Part shown: positions 24,292-38,226 of the stretch, one piece after another
How positions within the stretch are numbered: position 1 is the first letter of the stretch
How the letters are laid out: each line of letters begins with the position of its first letter
Origin: Perkinsus olseni
Lineage: Eukaryota
Direction: 5' to 3'
Length of the DNA stretch: 55,809 nt
Assembly (NCBI GenBank): GCA_013115125.1
Contig: JABANN010000183.1
Coordinates: 1-55,809, forward strand
Notes under the pieces: model-generated
Seen by the model: the letters and a program-made list of their open reading frames with translations, nothing else
Databases searched by the model: none
What the model was told of the DNA's origin: nothing
Program-made: the position numbers and the translations under genes

Positions 24292-25414
24292 CACCCTCCG
24301 CGTACCTGTGCCTTCGGTCGTGCTTCAGATTGAGGAGCTCCTGTCTGAGGAACGACGGCTAGAGAACACCGAGAATATTACGGTCTTGCATAGGATGCTG
24401 AATGACTTGAAGTGCCGGCGGCAGTGAGTGCGATCTGGGAAGGGAATCATGAGCATCGCCGTTCCAGGTTGCGTCGTCCCGAGACCGAATCTCGCGCTGT
24501 GGGCTACTTGCGGAACAACCATGAGACAAGGGAGAGGTCACAACACCCGATGGGTGCAGGATTAGAAGCTTCTCAAGGTTCCAACTTCCTGTTAATCCAC
24601 TCGGATAATGACACCAGGGTTGATCACAATGGCACTACCCTTGCTGTAGACCCGGTGCGGCCCCCTGACCCCGGGTGCATCGCTGATGAGCTCGGTAGGA
24701 AGGGCCCACTCAAGTCGGCGGTCCTCAATCGGCTACGGGAGTTACGAGCTGCCCCCTAATGATCGGGAGGATGTATCATGCTTCTCTAACTTCTATGTCG
24801 AGTCTGGCTTCTTGATTTTTTCAATGATTCCAATTGCAACCGTTTTCCGCCCATTGACCGCAGTACCGCGTCGCATCACGGGTGCACGAACAGCTGGCAT
24901 CGTGTGCAGCGACTTCAGGTCAGTAACGGCCCCTGCCTAGTAATGGTAGGGAGCTCACTACGAGTGGCAAACTGGCTTGGCTTCGGGTTACGTGAACTGC
25001 CGTTGAAGATTTGTAACAACCTCTTCCTTTTCTAGTCTCAAGTTGCGAAGCTCGACAAAGAATAAGTCAACCGTGAATCCAGTGGGGTCACCCATTCACC
25101 GGTAAACTGAGTTTCCGTCGCCGGGACAGTAGCCCTTGAGAACGTATCGGGGAGTGTAGTGGCACCCGAGGTTCGACGTACTTCTTTGCAGAGTAGGCTA
25201 TGTAGTACTTCGACGGTCGAAGCTCGACCGGTGATAAGCAGGAACGTGACGCGGTGCTGCTGTCTCTTTAGATGACGTTTATATACGAGTAAAATTTTCC
25301 GGTTGCACACATCTTCGCGCACATGTATAAACTTCACCCAATCGTCGGTCACTGCGTATCTCACATCATGCTTTCGGCTGTATTAGATTTCGCGCTCGCC
25401 CATAAATTGTTTGA

Positions 25415-28026
25415 ATGGTCCTCACTCCGGCTCGAAAGCGGCAGAACAGCGAGCCAGCAGCCTCCGAAGCCAGCACGGCTCATGATCGACCTGAAGACAC
25501 AGTCCAGGCGAAACGACGGCGAACGGGAGGCTCCCACAACCCGCAAGTCTTCTGCATAAGTCAACGGCAGTGGCGACAGAAGTCCTATCGAGATCTCTGC
25601 GCTGTTATGTTGCGGTGGATGCGATCGAAGGACCGGAATCAATTCTTCTACTTTCCGGTGGACGTGAACGAAGTGCCGACGTACCGAGATATCATCAAGA
25701 ATCCGATGAGTTTTGATCTCATGGAGGCCCGAGCGTCCAAGAGGGCTTATAAGACAGTAGACGATATACAGAAGGACTTCAAGCTTATATGCAAGAATGC
25801 TATGACCTTCAACCCGGAAGGGTCGATATGGTATCGGGCGGCCGAGGTAAGTTCCGATTGGAGTGGTATGGGCCATTGATGGATAAATATTTTCAGAAAC
25901 TGCTAGCGGAAGGCGAAAAACAATTCGATCTGGCTCAACTGCATGGTCTGAGACTTCCAGATGAGAGCATGGAATCCGCGACGGGAGCTGCCACCAGCCG
26001 GGCCGGCTCGAGACGTTCGTACACTAGGAGAGATCATGGTAGTGAAGGATAGCTCATACTTTGGGCCTTTGCGAGCTCATTGCCATAGTTCACAGCGCAC
26101 AGTTTTCACCGGCGATTGAGGGGGAGCAGGAATGTGATTTGGTAGCGAACCGCTATTGTGAGGCATCTTCATCTTGAAGGCCCTGGACGAGGCCCTGCTG
26201 GAAGGCGTTCTCCCAGGTACTGCGCAAATGCACCGCAACAGTACGGAAGTCGAAAAGATACCACCGAGCATTCGAAGCGCGATGCACGGCATAGAGTATA
26301 GTGGCACACCGTTGAACATGACGAAGGACCTTTTAGAGGCCTGTGCGAACGTAGTGGAGGAGAATAGGTTCTCCAATAGGGGCGCACCAAATATGCTTGT
26401 ACGTGTTGGACCGAGTACCAACTTTTCCACAAATCTCGGGAAGGCTGGAGGGACATCCGTTCTTCCGGGGGAGCTTGAGCCCAAGAGCGCTGAGAAGAGC
26501 ATGAGGCGGTTCCTCGATGGTATAGAAGGTCTTCCTGAGGATCTCGTCGAACGGCATTTACGCAAGCGATTGGACGGGTGTAAGAACGTGGTGGCGCCGT
26601 TGAACGACTGTCGGGTGTTTGGACTGGACACAGAGGACTTCGTGGCCTTCAATGGGACACTGAGAGTGGAGAGAGAGTTTACCGGATACATACTGGGAGT
26701 TGGTCATGAGAATGCGATGCAGGCTGCTGGGTTGAATGATACGGGTAGTAAGGGGGCAGGGCTTTTGGGTTGTCGTAGTGGTTCGGTTATTTGTCGTTTG
26801 GTAGTGTACGCTGGGGGACGCTTGCGAACATGATGTTTTTGGTTAACGGTCGACCTTCGCTGGAGGAATCTTCTATCTCGAAGCTGGCGGGGTCAGCGGG
26901 CTGTTCTGTTTGCAGAGAGTTGAGCCTTTGAATGGGATTGTTCGCAGGTGTTGACACGGGGCCGCTGAAGGAGATGGCTCAACGCTACAGAGCTGCGCGG
27001 GAGAAACAACTACAGAGTGTTAGAGGGAATGAGGCTGGAGGGACGCACACTTCTGCTACTGTTAGCGGAGCGAGGTAGTCGGGGCATGCTGTCAAGTCGG
27101 CAACTCGGAGTCGGGAGAATGTGCTGGGATAGCGACAACGGCAAACAGCAAAAACGTGCTCAGGGCTGTTGTAGCTCGCGAGCCCACCATGAAGCAAGTC
27201 GCTTGTACCAACCTGATGAAGTATACGAAGGCAGACCACTGGCTGTGCTTTTAACGGCCTCCTTATTCCTCTGGGATTTATCTCGTTATTCGAATTCTAT
27301 TGAAGAGAGCGGGAAACTTGGGTCGTTCGTCGCGTATTGTACGGACGTGCTACTGGATTTGTTTCGGCGCCACAGCCCGTGTGCGCAAGTGCCTGTGAGA
27401 GAATTGTCTACTGGGGAGTACGATCGACGCTCTCTCCTGCTTAGGGAATGAACACTTTGCCCGTTGAGTGCCTTAAATTGGCTCGTGTTTTCAGGACTGG
27501 GCCCGCTGCGACTGCGAGGCAGGGATATCTTACTTCCGCTACGACGTCTTGGTCTGCGCGTTATAACCAGAGTACAGTGCGGCCACCAGTAGCCACTACT
27601 CCGTACAATCAAGCAGCACAGTGGGCAGCCCTGAATCAGGCTAATAGAACAGCCCACCTAAGAGCTCAGCAGCAGGTGGATGGTCGGCGACCTATGAGTA
27701 TCCTAATTCTTCCCTGTGCGTAGGCCTCGGCACGGACGCGACCTGCAGTTGCTGCCGCTGGACAGAGTGCTTTTCCTTACCGAACAGGCATGCAGCAAGT
27801 GTAATAGGGGACGTCGGTGGCGTGCTCGGCTATCCCATGCCTTGTCAGGTTCAGTACCACTCCTTCTCTGACTCCTGGTATGGTAGCTCCTCCTGCAGGC
27901 AGTGCATTAGCAGAGTTCCAACAGCGGTTAGCCAGCGCCAGCCCAGAGCAGCAACAGATGCTTCTCCGCAGTTTGGGTGAGGCGGCGCAGCGGCATCATC
28001 AAGCTGCTAGTGGCAAGACTAGCTGA
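25415..28026 (+). CDS. Bromodomain-containing protein (BRD7/9-like N-terminal bromodomain), multi-exon
   Basis: KDRNQFFYFPVD...PTYRDIIKNPMSF...DFKLICKNAMTFNPEGSIWYRAAE. Gln/Ala-rich C-terminal exons end at 28026. Confidence 0.85.
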
Positions 28027-28248
28027 ATACGTACTAACGTGACCTACTGTGGAAGTGTGCTTCGCTCCGCTGTGAGTTATGATTTTTTGTATCATTTTAT
28101 GTAGTATTGTAGTGGGCATTTGGAGAGAGTTGTGTTGGCAGTGCTAGAATTGGTGGAGGTATACCATCAGTAGCTGGTTAGCTAGTCGTGGTTTGCACTA
28201 GTTCCTGTTTCACAGCAGTCGGTATGGGACGGTTGGACGGCAGTCGGT

Positions 28249-30100
28249 ATGGGACCTCATGTCGATCGATATCATTCAGATTGTCTGATGCTTTGTCTAT
28301 CATCAACAACAGCCGATGGTGGAACAGTGCAAAGTCTCCCAGGCTTGGTTAAGGCCTCTCTAGCGGGACAGCCGCTGTGGAATGTGGTGCTATTGTGGAT
28401 GTCTACTGCTTGCGTAAGTATCCTAGGTTACGACCTCACCAATCATAGACCAGCAGGGGATCAATAGTAGTTCACTATCCCTACTTGATAGCGCTACTCA
28501 CCGTCTGACTCTCCTCTGAGGAGGCTTTCTGGGGACGCGTCTGGCCGGCCGCTTGGCCTTCAAAATCAGCCGAAGTGCGTTATAGTACAGAATACTGAGG
28601 TGATCCCCTAGGGTGCTGTGCAACGTTCGAATTCATACTAGGCAGCGGACAAGATGTACAGCGTCCTGTCTTAATTGTTCGCTTCTACCTTCTCAGGTTG
28701 TTGTTTTATCATTGATTTACATATATCTGTGCTTTCGTCCCGTTGAGCCGGAGAGGCCACAAAGGGCGGCCAAGCATATCGAGATAGCCAGCACTGAAGA
28801 GGTGGTAGTACTCCGTTGGTGTATCGGGGAGGGTGGACTTTTTCATTTCGAGAGCAGAATCCCCTAGCATGTTCTCAGAGAGCAACACAGGGAATTTGTG
28901 TAGCCTGTGGCCCGTGCGGCTTTTGATCGGAGCTGAGGGTCTCGAGGGGTTGCTGGGGCGACACAGAGCGAGAACTTTCTGGTTCTCTGAACAATGTCCC
29001 TGTCCAGCAGCCGGGCAGGATCTCAGCCAGACAAATTCGCTCGGTCAGATGCAGCCCGTTGTTGACAAGAGCGTGACAGCGTCCGCAGAGCCCCAGCAAG
29101 CTGCTTCCTCGGTAAACAGGCGTGAGCGGAGGACATCGTCTAGCGAAAAGGTACCGGGAGCAGCTCTATCGCTGTTCTACGGCCGGGCCACCGTCAGTGC
29201 CTTGCACGTTCAATACAGCGCATCTTTCACACTCCTGTCGGGTGTGTAGGCGAGATTTCTCGTAACTTCGTTACCTGGTGTGTCAGGAACGAGAGAAGAA
29301 TCAGCGGCTGGCCCAAAGGGCATCCGACTGCTTCGAAGAATTCAGTAATTCAACCACTTATGAGGAGGAGATAAACTCCTTGACTAAAATTAGGGATCTT
29401 TTTGCCGAGGTATTTTGCTTTGCGACGAGAGCGCAGCGGAGGGGTTTTCCCCCTCAGGTCGAACGGGCTAGTCCTACGCGATCAGGAGTTGTTTCGGCTG
29501 AGACTATTATTTGCAGCAAACTAGTACAAAGTGACGTAGGTTCACAGGGAGAGGAAGATCGTACTATTCTTGATTCTCTCAGCGCGCTATCATCTTTAGT
29601 GTCATCATAAAAATCGCCAGGAATGAAAGTTTCCGCTCTTCACACGTTATCATTCGGTCATACCATTGTCTACTCTCCTCTTTGAAGTTACAGGCGGCTC
29701 GAAAGCCGGGAGAGCGCCCCCTGACAAGAGAGGGGATTTACCTCGGACAGCGCCGCTGTCGCCCTAGCGTTGGCATTGCTGAGGATATGTGCGTTTGATG
29801 TCCAGCTGGCATTGGAGCAAATATAGCGAGTGTTAGCCCATTCTTCCTTTGCTTCAAGCATACCTCTCTGACGCAAGTTACGGCGGTTACATCTCTTTCG
29901 AAGAGGCTCTTCGCGGCGCTCGTGAAGCGTAAGGTTCTATCTCTCCACTTTCAACGTCCGGTAAGCGGAGTGAATGTGCATTATATACCATACAGTACCT
30001 ACTCATCGAAGCCCTCGATTCGTGGGTGAGAGCGTAATATGCTCTACGTCATATGGCCTCAACCGTTCGCAGTCGCTTCTAAACGGAGCTGGCCGATTGT
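28249..30100 (+). CDS. Hypothetical multi-exon protein with hydrophobic segments (boundaries uncertain)
   Basis: Exon-like frames PLWNVVLLWMSTA, VVVLSLIYIYLCFRP and EREKNQRLAQRASDCFEEF separated by GT-AG segments. Confidence 0.4.
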
Positions 30101-31556
30101 GAGCTTTTAGCTCAGAACTAATGAACAGCAGAAAGAAGGTTACTTAGGGTAGTTGGCAGCGTTGCCATCGGTGTGGGGATGAGGGGTTGGATTCGGTTAC
30201 GGCTTCCTTGAACCGCGGTGTTGGGCCAACACTATTGGCGGTCAACTATAGACCGGTTCATTGCCTATGTCAACTCGAACTAAAGAGGCTAGAACACTTT
30301 TCTTTGTAACTTGCACACCGGATATACGACGCTATTAGCTAGTCACTGCGAGAGCCTGCGCGTCTTACTATCTATGCAAATTGTGTCGTTCGCTTCATCT
30401 GGAACCACTCAGCCAGGCTGTTTTCGAATGGGCAATAAGCAGTCGTTGAGAGGCCTACTTACCCGGTGCAAGTTGAACTGCGCTTTGTGGGTGCGGAGCC
30501 CTGCCAGTTCCAGGAACGTGTTCGATCGCCGAATATCGGTCGCCTGAACGATTTCGATCTCGGCTTCTGCTCGAACTAAGCTCGAACTTGATGACCCGGG
30601 CATCATGCCTGCTATTCCGAGTCAACGTTTCTGAGGAATATGCTTCTGAGCCTTCGGTTTATGACTTCCTTAACTATCGCCGTATCTTTAATGTTGTCAT
30701 GAGCTGATACTCGACTCAAGGGCTGCGCCCACCTCTTCTTGCTGAGTCAGCAATGCTAACGGCTTATGCCTATCTACCGATATCGAAATGCTAAGTGAGC
30801 GGAAATTCGCCTGAGTGAGTGAGGTCCTCAGCTTGGAGCTCTTGCGCTCAATCGAAGCACCCACAAAGGCAACGATTGAATCAAAAATTCCGTAGGACTC
30901 TCGAATCAGTTTTCACATTGTCTTCCCCCGATTTGTGGTGGAGCATCCGAATCGCTCTCTAGAGCATGCTAACTGTCCATCGTGAGATGGCTAGAGGTTC
31001 ACCACCGCTCTCTCTCAGTTCCTCTCGATCCTAAACCGAGCTAAGTCGAACCAAGAGGCTCCGCAAGGTTCTATACCACCGGAGCTCCGACAGCTGTCCA
31101 CCTGGTTGATAGAGAAGACAGTTCCGATCATTTGGTCCACATAAGCAGCCCGCCAACACTTTCCCGCTACACTGGTGTATTCCCACTGGCACAATCCGAG
31201 CGGACTATCCTGTCGTGGCTGTTTTCCTTAGCGTTGCTGCGATACTTATATTGTACCCACGGATTGAAGGGCCACCAACTGAGCTGACTACGCCTTTGTC
31301 GGTGTTGTTGCGTTTCGCACAGCCATTTCAATTCAGGATCATTTCAACTCCTATACATACTCATTCTGGACATCACTGTAGAGTCTACTGTGTAGGCCTC
31401 TCTGGGATTACGAAGTACGGCCCATGAGTTCGCAGTGGTATCAAATCGCAGAGAATATTTCTCGTGGCCGACCATCATTCCTTCAACTCTTTCAGCCTTA
31501 GCTTGTTCAGTTGCATTTTTGTCACCTTCCGAGTCCAGCAAAACAAAGCTGAGTTA

Positions 31557-34113
31557 ATGACGACAACCCATCTCTACGGTACACATAAAAATGTACCGAG
31601 CATGCCTTCACAAGTATCGACCTCCGTGCCGAGCGTTTCCTCGACCGACTACGACTACAGCATGAGTAAGCGTGCAGCGGTGAAGCCGGCTGGCCGAGAC
31701 TCCTATGATGAGGTGAGTAGGGTATGGACCGTCATATTTTCCTGAAGGCAGGGAGGACGGTGGTTGTCGCCACTTTTCTCCCCAACCTCTGGCGGCATGG
31801 AATTGGGCGGCGTTCGGATAGTACGGGCGTGTGTTCTGCTAACGATAGGCAGACATCATCGTTATGCTTCCTGTCAGTGGAATGTTGGCGATGATCCTGA
31901 GTTCATCAACGCCCCAGATGGAAGAGCTAACAAGGTTCGGAAATCCATCCTAGCTCCTTGGTGGCTGGACGACAAACGAGGCAGCAAAGCGTTCGGTGAC
32001 ATCAGTGATGTTGAGAGTGATAGCGATTCTGAGCCGGCCACCTCCTTACCCCCTATACACAAAAGATACAGGTAAGCCTTCGGGCTGGCCAGTCCCCTCC
32101 TGGTCCAGGAGTCCTGGAGCTGAGCTTCATGTCATTCTCGGCAAACGGCATTGAGTGTGGGAGGAAAGGTGGTCCTCAGGTCCCGTACGGAGCTGCAGTA
32201 CCACGTCGTGCCTTCCAGCTCTTTCCGGCAGACATGGCGAGCAATTAAATGCCCGTTCGGTGTCATAGGTAGCTAGTCACTCCCTGCTGCAATAAGGCTG
32301 CCATGGGATTATCTTTCAGGAGCTGGGGTCGCTGGCCTCATCGCACCTCCGAAGCGGAGAACGTGGAACCGGTCGTTCTCGGCCAGTGTTAGAATCATTA
32401 GAAGTGCGGGCAAGAACTTCCCCCGGAATCCCTCCATGATGCAGTGAGTGGTGGAGTGGGCTCCGCTGTTGGAAATATCTTCTCAGGACGATCTGCGACG
32501 TGAGTCTCCCGGGCACGGGCAAGGCGGGGGTCACTAGGTGGAAGACCACTGTTGGACGATGCAAGATTGAATGGTGAGCTGTCCTCATCAATCTGCTAAG
32601 AAGTCCTTCCACGGCTCTTGCACACGACTTCTCGCCTCCGTCTCGAGCGGCATCGAGCAATGTTGCGAAAGCGAGCTAAACGGCGGTCGAACAGTTGAAT
32701 TTTGCTGTGACACCATCGTCATATAAGGGTCACGTCGTCCTCGACTCCGGCAGGTACTGGCCCTCTTCGCGGACGGCAACACTGAAGCGGCAAGTATCCT
32801 TCAAGGGCCCTGGCAACCTGCATGATAACTCGGACTGGCTTGATGCCCTGAGAGTGAGAGAAGGAAAGTCCATCCCTGCACTCACCGAGGTTCCTTCAGG
32901 ATCCGGCGTCCCCAGTAATCCTGTACTTCCACGGTGGAGCCTTCGTCCTCTGCACCCCCGGCAGCGTGGCCTACAGGCCCTTCATAACGAAGTGTGCTTA
33001 CGACTCTGACAGTTTTATCTGCGCGTTGAACTACTCTCGGCCGCCGGAGACAGGTCTCAAGGAGGTGGGAGTAGCAGATTGGTTGCTTGATGGGAGTACA
33101 TCAGCTGTTGTCAGATTATCGAGGAAGGGATAATATCGTATAGCTATCTTATCAATTCCTTGGAGATCCCACCGGAGCGCGTCGTGGTTATGGGAGACTC
33201 TGCTGGAGCGAGCCTGGCCCTGAGTGTCCTCCTGCAAATACGCGACAGAGGCCGAGACCCGCTACCTGGAGGTTTGGTGCTGCTCTCGCCCTGGGCTGAC
33301 CTGAGTGAGTCATGGGTCAAGTTAAGATACCTTCTTATGCTACTGGTGTTTAGGCCTGACGGAGGACCAGCTGTGGTGTGACAACGCCTACTACGACTAC
33401 CTACCGGTGGAGTTGATCGCCAAGTTTGCCAAGTTGTGTGCCGATGCCTCCGGGGTAGGGATGCTCGCCTCCTGTCACTCCATAAGGGGTCCGTCAAATC
33501 TACCGGGGCTTAGTAGTGGAATCTCCCTCTGCGACACTCCTGCATCGCTTCGCCGCGGATATTGATTGTATCCCCGCAGCCACTCGCTGTTTTCCTCCCT
33601 TAGTTGAGTATGGACGATCCATCAGCGTCACCTGGCCTGGCGCCCTCGTTGGACTTGAAAGTTCCTGTCTACTGCACCTACGGTGAAGTAGAGATCCTGC
33701 GGTCGTCAGCTGAGCGACTGTGCCGACGGTAAGAGGACGAGCGTGCTCAATTGCCTCTTACGTGTGGTTCGTGTCAGGCTGAAGCTGGAGAATAGTAAAC
33801 CGGTCGATGTTGAGATGATAGTGGATATGCCCCATGTAAGAGGGGCATCCGTCGAGTTGTACTCTCACCGATCGTCTTTTGGGCTTCGGATCGATCCACT
33901 TCTCGTCAGTGTTGTTGTTTTTCTTAGGATTGCTACATGTTTTGTGATTCGAAACAGAAGACCGTTCTCGAGGCCTGCGACATTCTCGTGGAGAAAATTC
34001 GAGCGATGAATGGATGCAGCATCGATGCCCCTCGGAAGGGCTCAACCGGTGCTCATCACCATCATCACCATCGCCATGACGAGCACCGAAGACGGCTGGC
34101 CCATTCCCTCTAA
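31557..34113 (+). CDS. HSL-family alpha/beta hydrolase (abhydrolase_3 esterase/lipase), copy 1
   Basis: PVILYFHGGAF, YSRPPE, ERVVVMGDSAGASLAL, LVLLSPWADL, YGEVEILR and DMPH. C-terminal HHHHHHRH; stop TAA at 34111-34113. Confidence 0.85.
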
Positions 34114-34332
34114 GTTGACTTCGGGACCGGCCTCAGCGGCCGTACTTGGTTATCACTTTTGTCTGTGCACTTTTATATCATATAGTTATCATACTCTACC
34201 ACCATTTCTGTAGTTTTCACTCGGCCGGGCTGTCGAAACTTCCAGCAGATGAGCATATCCTGATTCCCATGGTGTTGTACAGAAGTGGGGTATTTCGTCA
34301 TTCGTCCGACCAGTTGCTTTTGTTCTACTGTC

Positions 34333-36556
34333 ATGCTCACTGTGTCGTCCTTTACTCCATCGTCCAACTCCTCGTCATCAACAGCACCACCGGGCGCCTT
34401 CGACTCGATAATTGATGTTACCAAGTTCCTGCAGGAGGAGCTCACTGGCCACCAGACCGATGACCTGAGCGAAGAAGAGGAAGAGGAGGACGGCTTCTTC
34501 ACAAATTTGCAGCCATCACGTGGAAGTAGCGGTCGCTGCAGGTCGGACGACGCAGCGGAGCGAAGCAACTTGTGTATTTTTCGGCCGAATCAGGTCCCAA
34601 TCAGCTCTCCAATACCACGCTGTTGAACCCCATTCCTTCAGACAGAACCTGAGATCTGCGGGCCTTATACTGGATCTACTGGGTAGGTCAGCCGTTGCCA
34701 TTATCTCCTGAGGGGATGTAGAATGCATTTTCTGCGACTCAAGTTGCGGGACCCACCAGATCTGCCAAGGTTCCAGGTGCAACGATGGTAGGGCCGGTGG
34801 CCAAGCCCAAGCGGGCGGCATGGAACCGTAAACTAGCGACCTTTGTCCGTGTAGGGAGAGTCACGGCGAGAGACTTTCCGAGGAAGTACAAGCTGATACA
34901 GTAAGGCCTCGCCGGCCCGTGGGCTCCGTGCTATCGTAACTTGATTGAAGCCTAACTCGTTTGGGTGCATGGCCGCTCCGGAATGTCCCAATAGTGATAA
35001 GTAGTTTAGTATCGCATCATGAGTGATGATTATCGACGAGGCGCGACGGCCAAATGGTCGAGGTCTTCGCCACTCAAGCTCCTGGAATTGAACTCATTCT
35101 CCCTTCATCCTGTCAATAGCTATGAAGAGGATGGCTGAGGTTCATCTCTTCTTCTCTTCAGAAAGACCTCCGATGTGTGCGCGCCAGGCGTCGGCAAGAA
35201 GGGAGTATGCTGCTGGCGTCCCGGTCGACCCGAGCGCATCCGTTTGCAATGGTGAGTCTGGGAACAATCGAGATTGCCGAGAAGCAATGGCTCAGGTATT
35301 GGCCCGCTTGTCTCACTCCGTCGTTGAAAACAGGGAAAGACTTCGAAGGCTTTGGCACCATCGAAGAAAGCGCCGCCTGGTACCAAGCTCTCCAGGTATC
35401 ACCGTTTCCTTTCGACTAGCATGAAGTCGCTGAGAGCCGCCAGTCTGTAGTGTCATCGTTAATGGCTGCTTTCAGGAGGACCAGACATCTCCGGTCATAC
35501 TCTACTTCCACGGTGGATCGTTCGTCATGTGCACTCCCCACTGCATGGCGTACAAGCCCTGGATCACGGAGTTAGCCCGGGCCACTGGCTGCTTCCTATG
35601 TGCGTTGGACTACGACAGACCACCGGAGACCGGCCTTGCCACCGTACGGGACTGCTCTTGCCGTCCTAGATCTCGAAGCGTTCTTCTGGTCTTGTCAGAT
35701 AACCGAGCAAGGAGTTCAGGCCTACACCTACCTAGTGGACGACATGCGCATCTCACCCAAGCGCGTCGTCATCAGCGGTGACTCTGCTGGTGGCAACATA
35801 GCCCTCAGTGTAGCCCTCGCTATCCGGGACAGGCACCTCCCGCTGGCAGGAGGGCTCGCCCTTCTTTCTCCATGGACAGACCTGAGTAGGGTGATCGTCC
35901 TTGATCTCTTTCTGACACCTCTAGCTCAACTTGCTCAGGTTTGACGGAAGAACAGTTACTGAGTGATAACGCCTTTTACGACTTCCTCCCCATTGAGCTC
36001 ATCTACAAGTTTGCGAATTTCTGCGCCGATGCTTCCGGGGTAATTTCTGCTGCTGAGCGACCGTTCCTTTGAGGAGATATCTCAGGAGCCAACGACAAGC
36101 CCTATCGTCTCACCAGCTTTGGCGGCCTCCCTCGATCTGGGTATCCCGATCTACTGCACCTTCGGGGAGGTGGAGGTGCTCAGGTTCTCAATCCAAGACC
36201 TTTGCAAGCGGTACGCATACCCTCCGATTCACTCGTGCACGCTTGCATTGTGACTGTTGTCGTGATCAGATTCCTTCGAGAGAACAGCAATCCCGTCACG
36301 GTACACATGATCATGGATATGCCGCATGTACGGCATAGCAGTGATGACCACGCCCGTTCATCGATGTTTGCTTCAGGACTGCTGCACACTGCTGGAGACC
36401 GGCCAGGGGACGATCAAGGAAGCCATAGCGGTCCTAGCTGGCAGGATACGCGATATGGCGTCGGAGTCCGTGACAAATGAGAAGCCAAGGAATCCACAGG
36501 CTAGAAGGTCGATTGGCCTGTCCGTCCACAACAGAGGCAGTTTCGTCACTGTTTAG
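34333..36556 (+). CDS. HSL-family alpha/beta hydrolase, copy 2 (tandem paralog)
   Basis: PVILYFHGGSF, YDRPPE, KRVVISGDSAGGNIAL, LALLSPWTDL, FGEVEVLR and DMPH. Start inferred. Confidence 0.85.
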
Positions 36557-36741
36557 TTATTTGTATGCCCTCCGGCTCTGTTGACTCTGACAGGCCCGTC
36601 GTTTGTGTGTTGTGTATAACATACTGCCATTCCTTCCTTCTACTACTGCTGTTTCTGTGTCCACGACGGTACCTAATACTACTTGCATTTTATTGGAGAA
36701 TCTCACAGAGTTCCTGTGGATGGTGTTGTGATTGGTGCGGT

Positions 36742-37459
36742 ATGGATTCGGACACCCGTCTGTCGACCGGGGCTTTCGGGTTCCTGTACAGCTGGGTAGA
36801 TGGCCTCACACATGCCACCTTGGACCTCAGGATGCCTGATCGGTTGCATTAACGACGAGATGGGCCATTCTGAGTGGCCCGTGCTCGGACTCGTCTCCTG
36901 ACTCGGGCCGGCGGGCCTTGTGAATCCCTAGGATCGAGCTCGGATTCTGTCAGAGTTTATACAACGGGATGACGTTACATGATGGCGTGGAACCATCGGC
37001 TGCTCGTCTAACATCGGCGCCTCCTCCCGGTGTTGTTGACCCGGCCAAGTACGTCTGTGAAGAAGACCGCAAGTACGACCCAACCAAGCAGTGTTATTTT
37101 CATCTAACTTCTCAGATTCCTCGATACACTGGGGCGTCAGCTGTTGATTGCAACGCTTTTTTCCACCACCGGTGGCATGGCTCTTGGCTCGAAGCTGTGC
37201 AGACGAGCGGCCCTGCGGGGAGCCTCGAAGGCTGCGGTCTACGCTGGCGGTAGGCATGGGTCGTTTTGACGCGGTTGAGAAGTCCCTTTCAGCCGGCTTT
37301 GGTACGCCCATGTTCTGCTTGGGAGCTCTCTACAAGTACCATCGATATCGTCACAAGGATGTTTTCGATCGGGTTGAAGAGTCCTTGCACCGACTCAGCA
37401 ATGACATGCACGAAGAAAGGCAGCGCAGTGAGGCTAGCCCTGAAATGATGAACTTGTAA
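36742..37459 (+). CDS. Hypothetical small protein with two hydrophobic helices
   Basis: Spliced frames QLLIATLFSTTGGMALGSKL and AGFGTPMFCLGALYKYHRY...MMNL*. Start uncertain. Confidence 0.4.
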
Positions 37460-37780
37460 GTGGATGGTCGCCAACAGCAATACTCGAGTTCGCCGATGTA
37501 GAATGACGTTACTGTTTTTTCTGTCTTTCTTGTAGTGAGCGCATCAGTGAAGTATCGAAGGTCATCCCACCTCCTCCGAGTTATTTCACGAGTAGCATCG
37601 GAGGTCTCAAGGATACAGCAGCAGTGGCAGCGGCTATGAACTACTCGGCGGATGCCAGTGGTTATAATTTCAGCCCTGCTGCTCCTGCAGCGACCACGGT
37701 GACTAGCACTGTGGTCTAGTACGTAGTGTTTCTGATGAAGCACAGAAGGATTGTGTTGGCTCAATCACCGTACCGAGTAA

Positions 37781-38226
37781 GTGATACTAGCCACTTATAT
37801 ACTGGTCGCATCACCACTCGGTGGTATGGTGACACTGGTTACTCATATACTGGTCGTATCACCACTCGGTGGTATGGTGACACTAGCCACTTANNNNNNN
37901 NNNNNNNNNNNNNNNNNNNNNNNNNNNNNNNNNNNNNNNNNNNNNNNNNNNNNNNNNNNNNNNNNNNNNNNNNNNNNNNNNNNNNNNNNNNNCTGGTCGT
38001 ATCACCAATCCGTGGTATGGTGACACTGGTTACTCATATACTGGTCGTATCACCACTCGGTGGTATTGTGACACTAGCCACTTATATACTGGTCGTATCA
38101 CCACTCGGTGGTATGGTGACACTGGTTACTTGTAGATTAGTCGTATCACCACTCGGTGGTATGGTGACTCTGGTTACTTATATACTGGTCGTATCACCAC
38201 TCGGTGGTATGGTGACACTGGTTACT
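37781..38226. repeat. 48-bp minisatellite with internal hairpin, alternating A/B variants, interrupted by an N gap
   Basis: Unit gtgacact(ggttactc/agccactt)atatactggtcgtatcaccactcggtggtatg. At least 7 copies flank the gap at 37894-37992. Confidence 0.95.

Noticed and set aside
37781-38226. CRISPR array, or BspA-like LRR coding repeat (minus strand VTSVTIPPSGDTTS)
   Set aside because: There are no unique spacers or cas genes and the context is eukaryotic. The LRR-like minus frame has a stop codon in nearly every unit.
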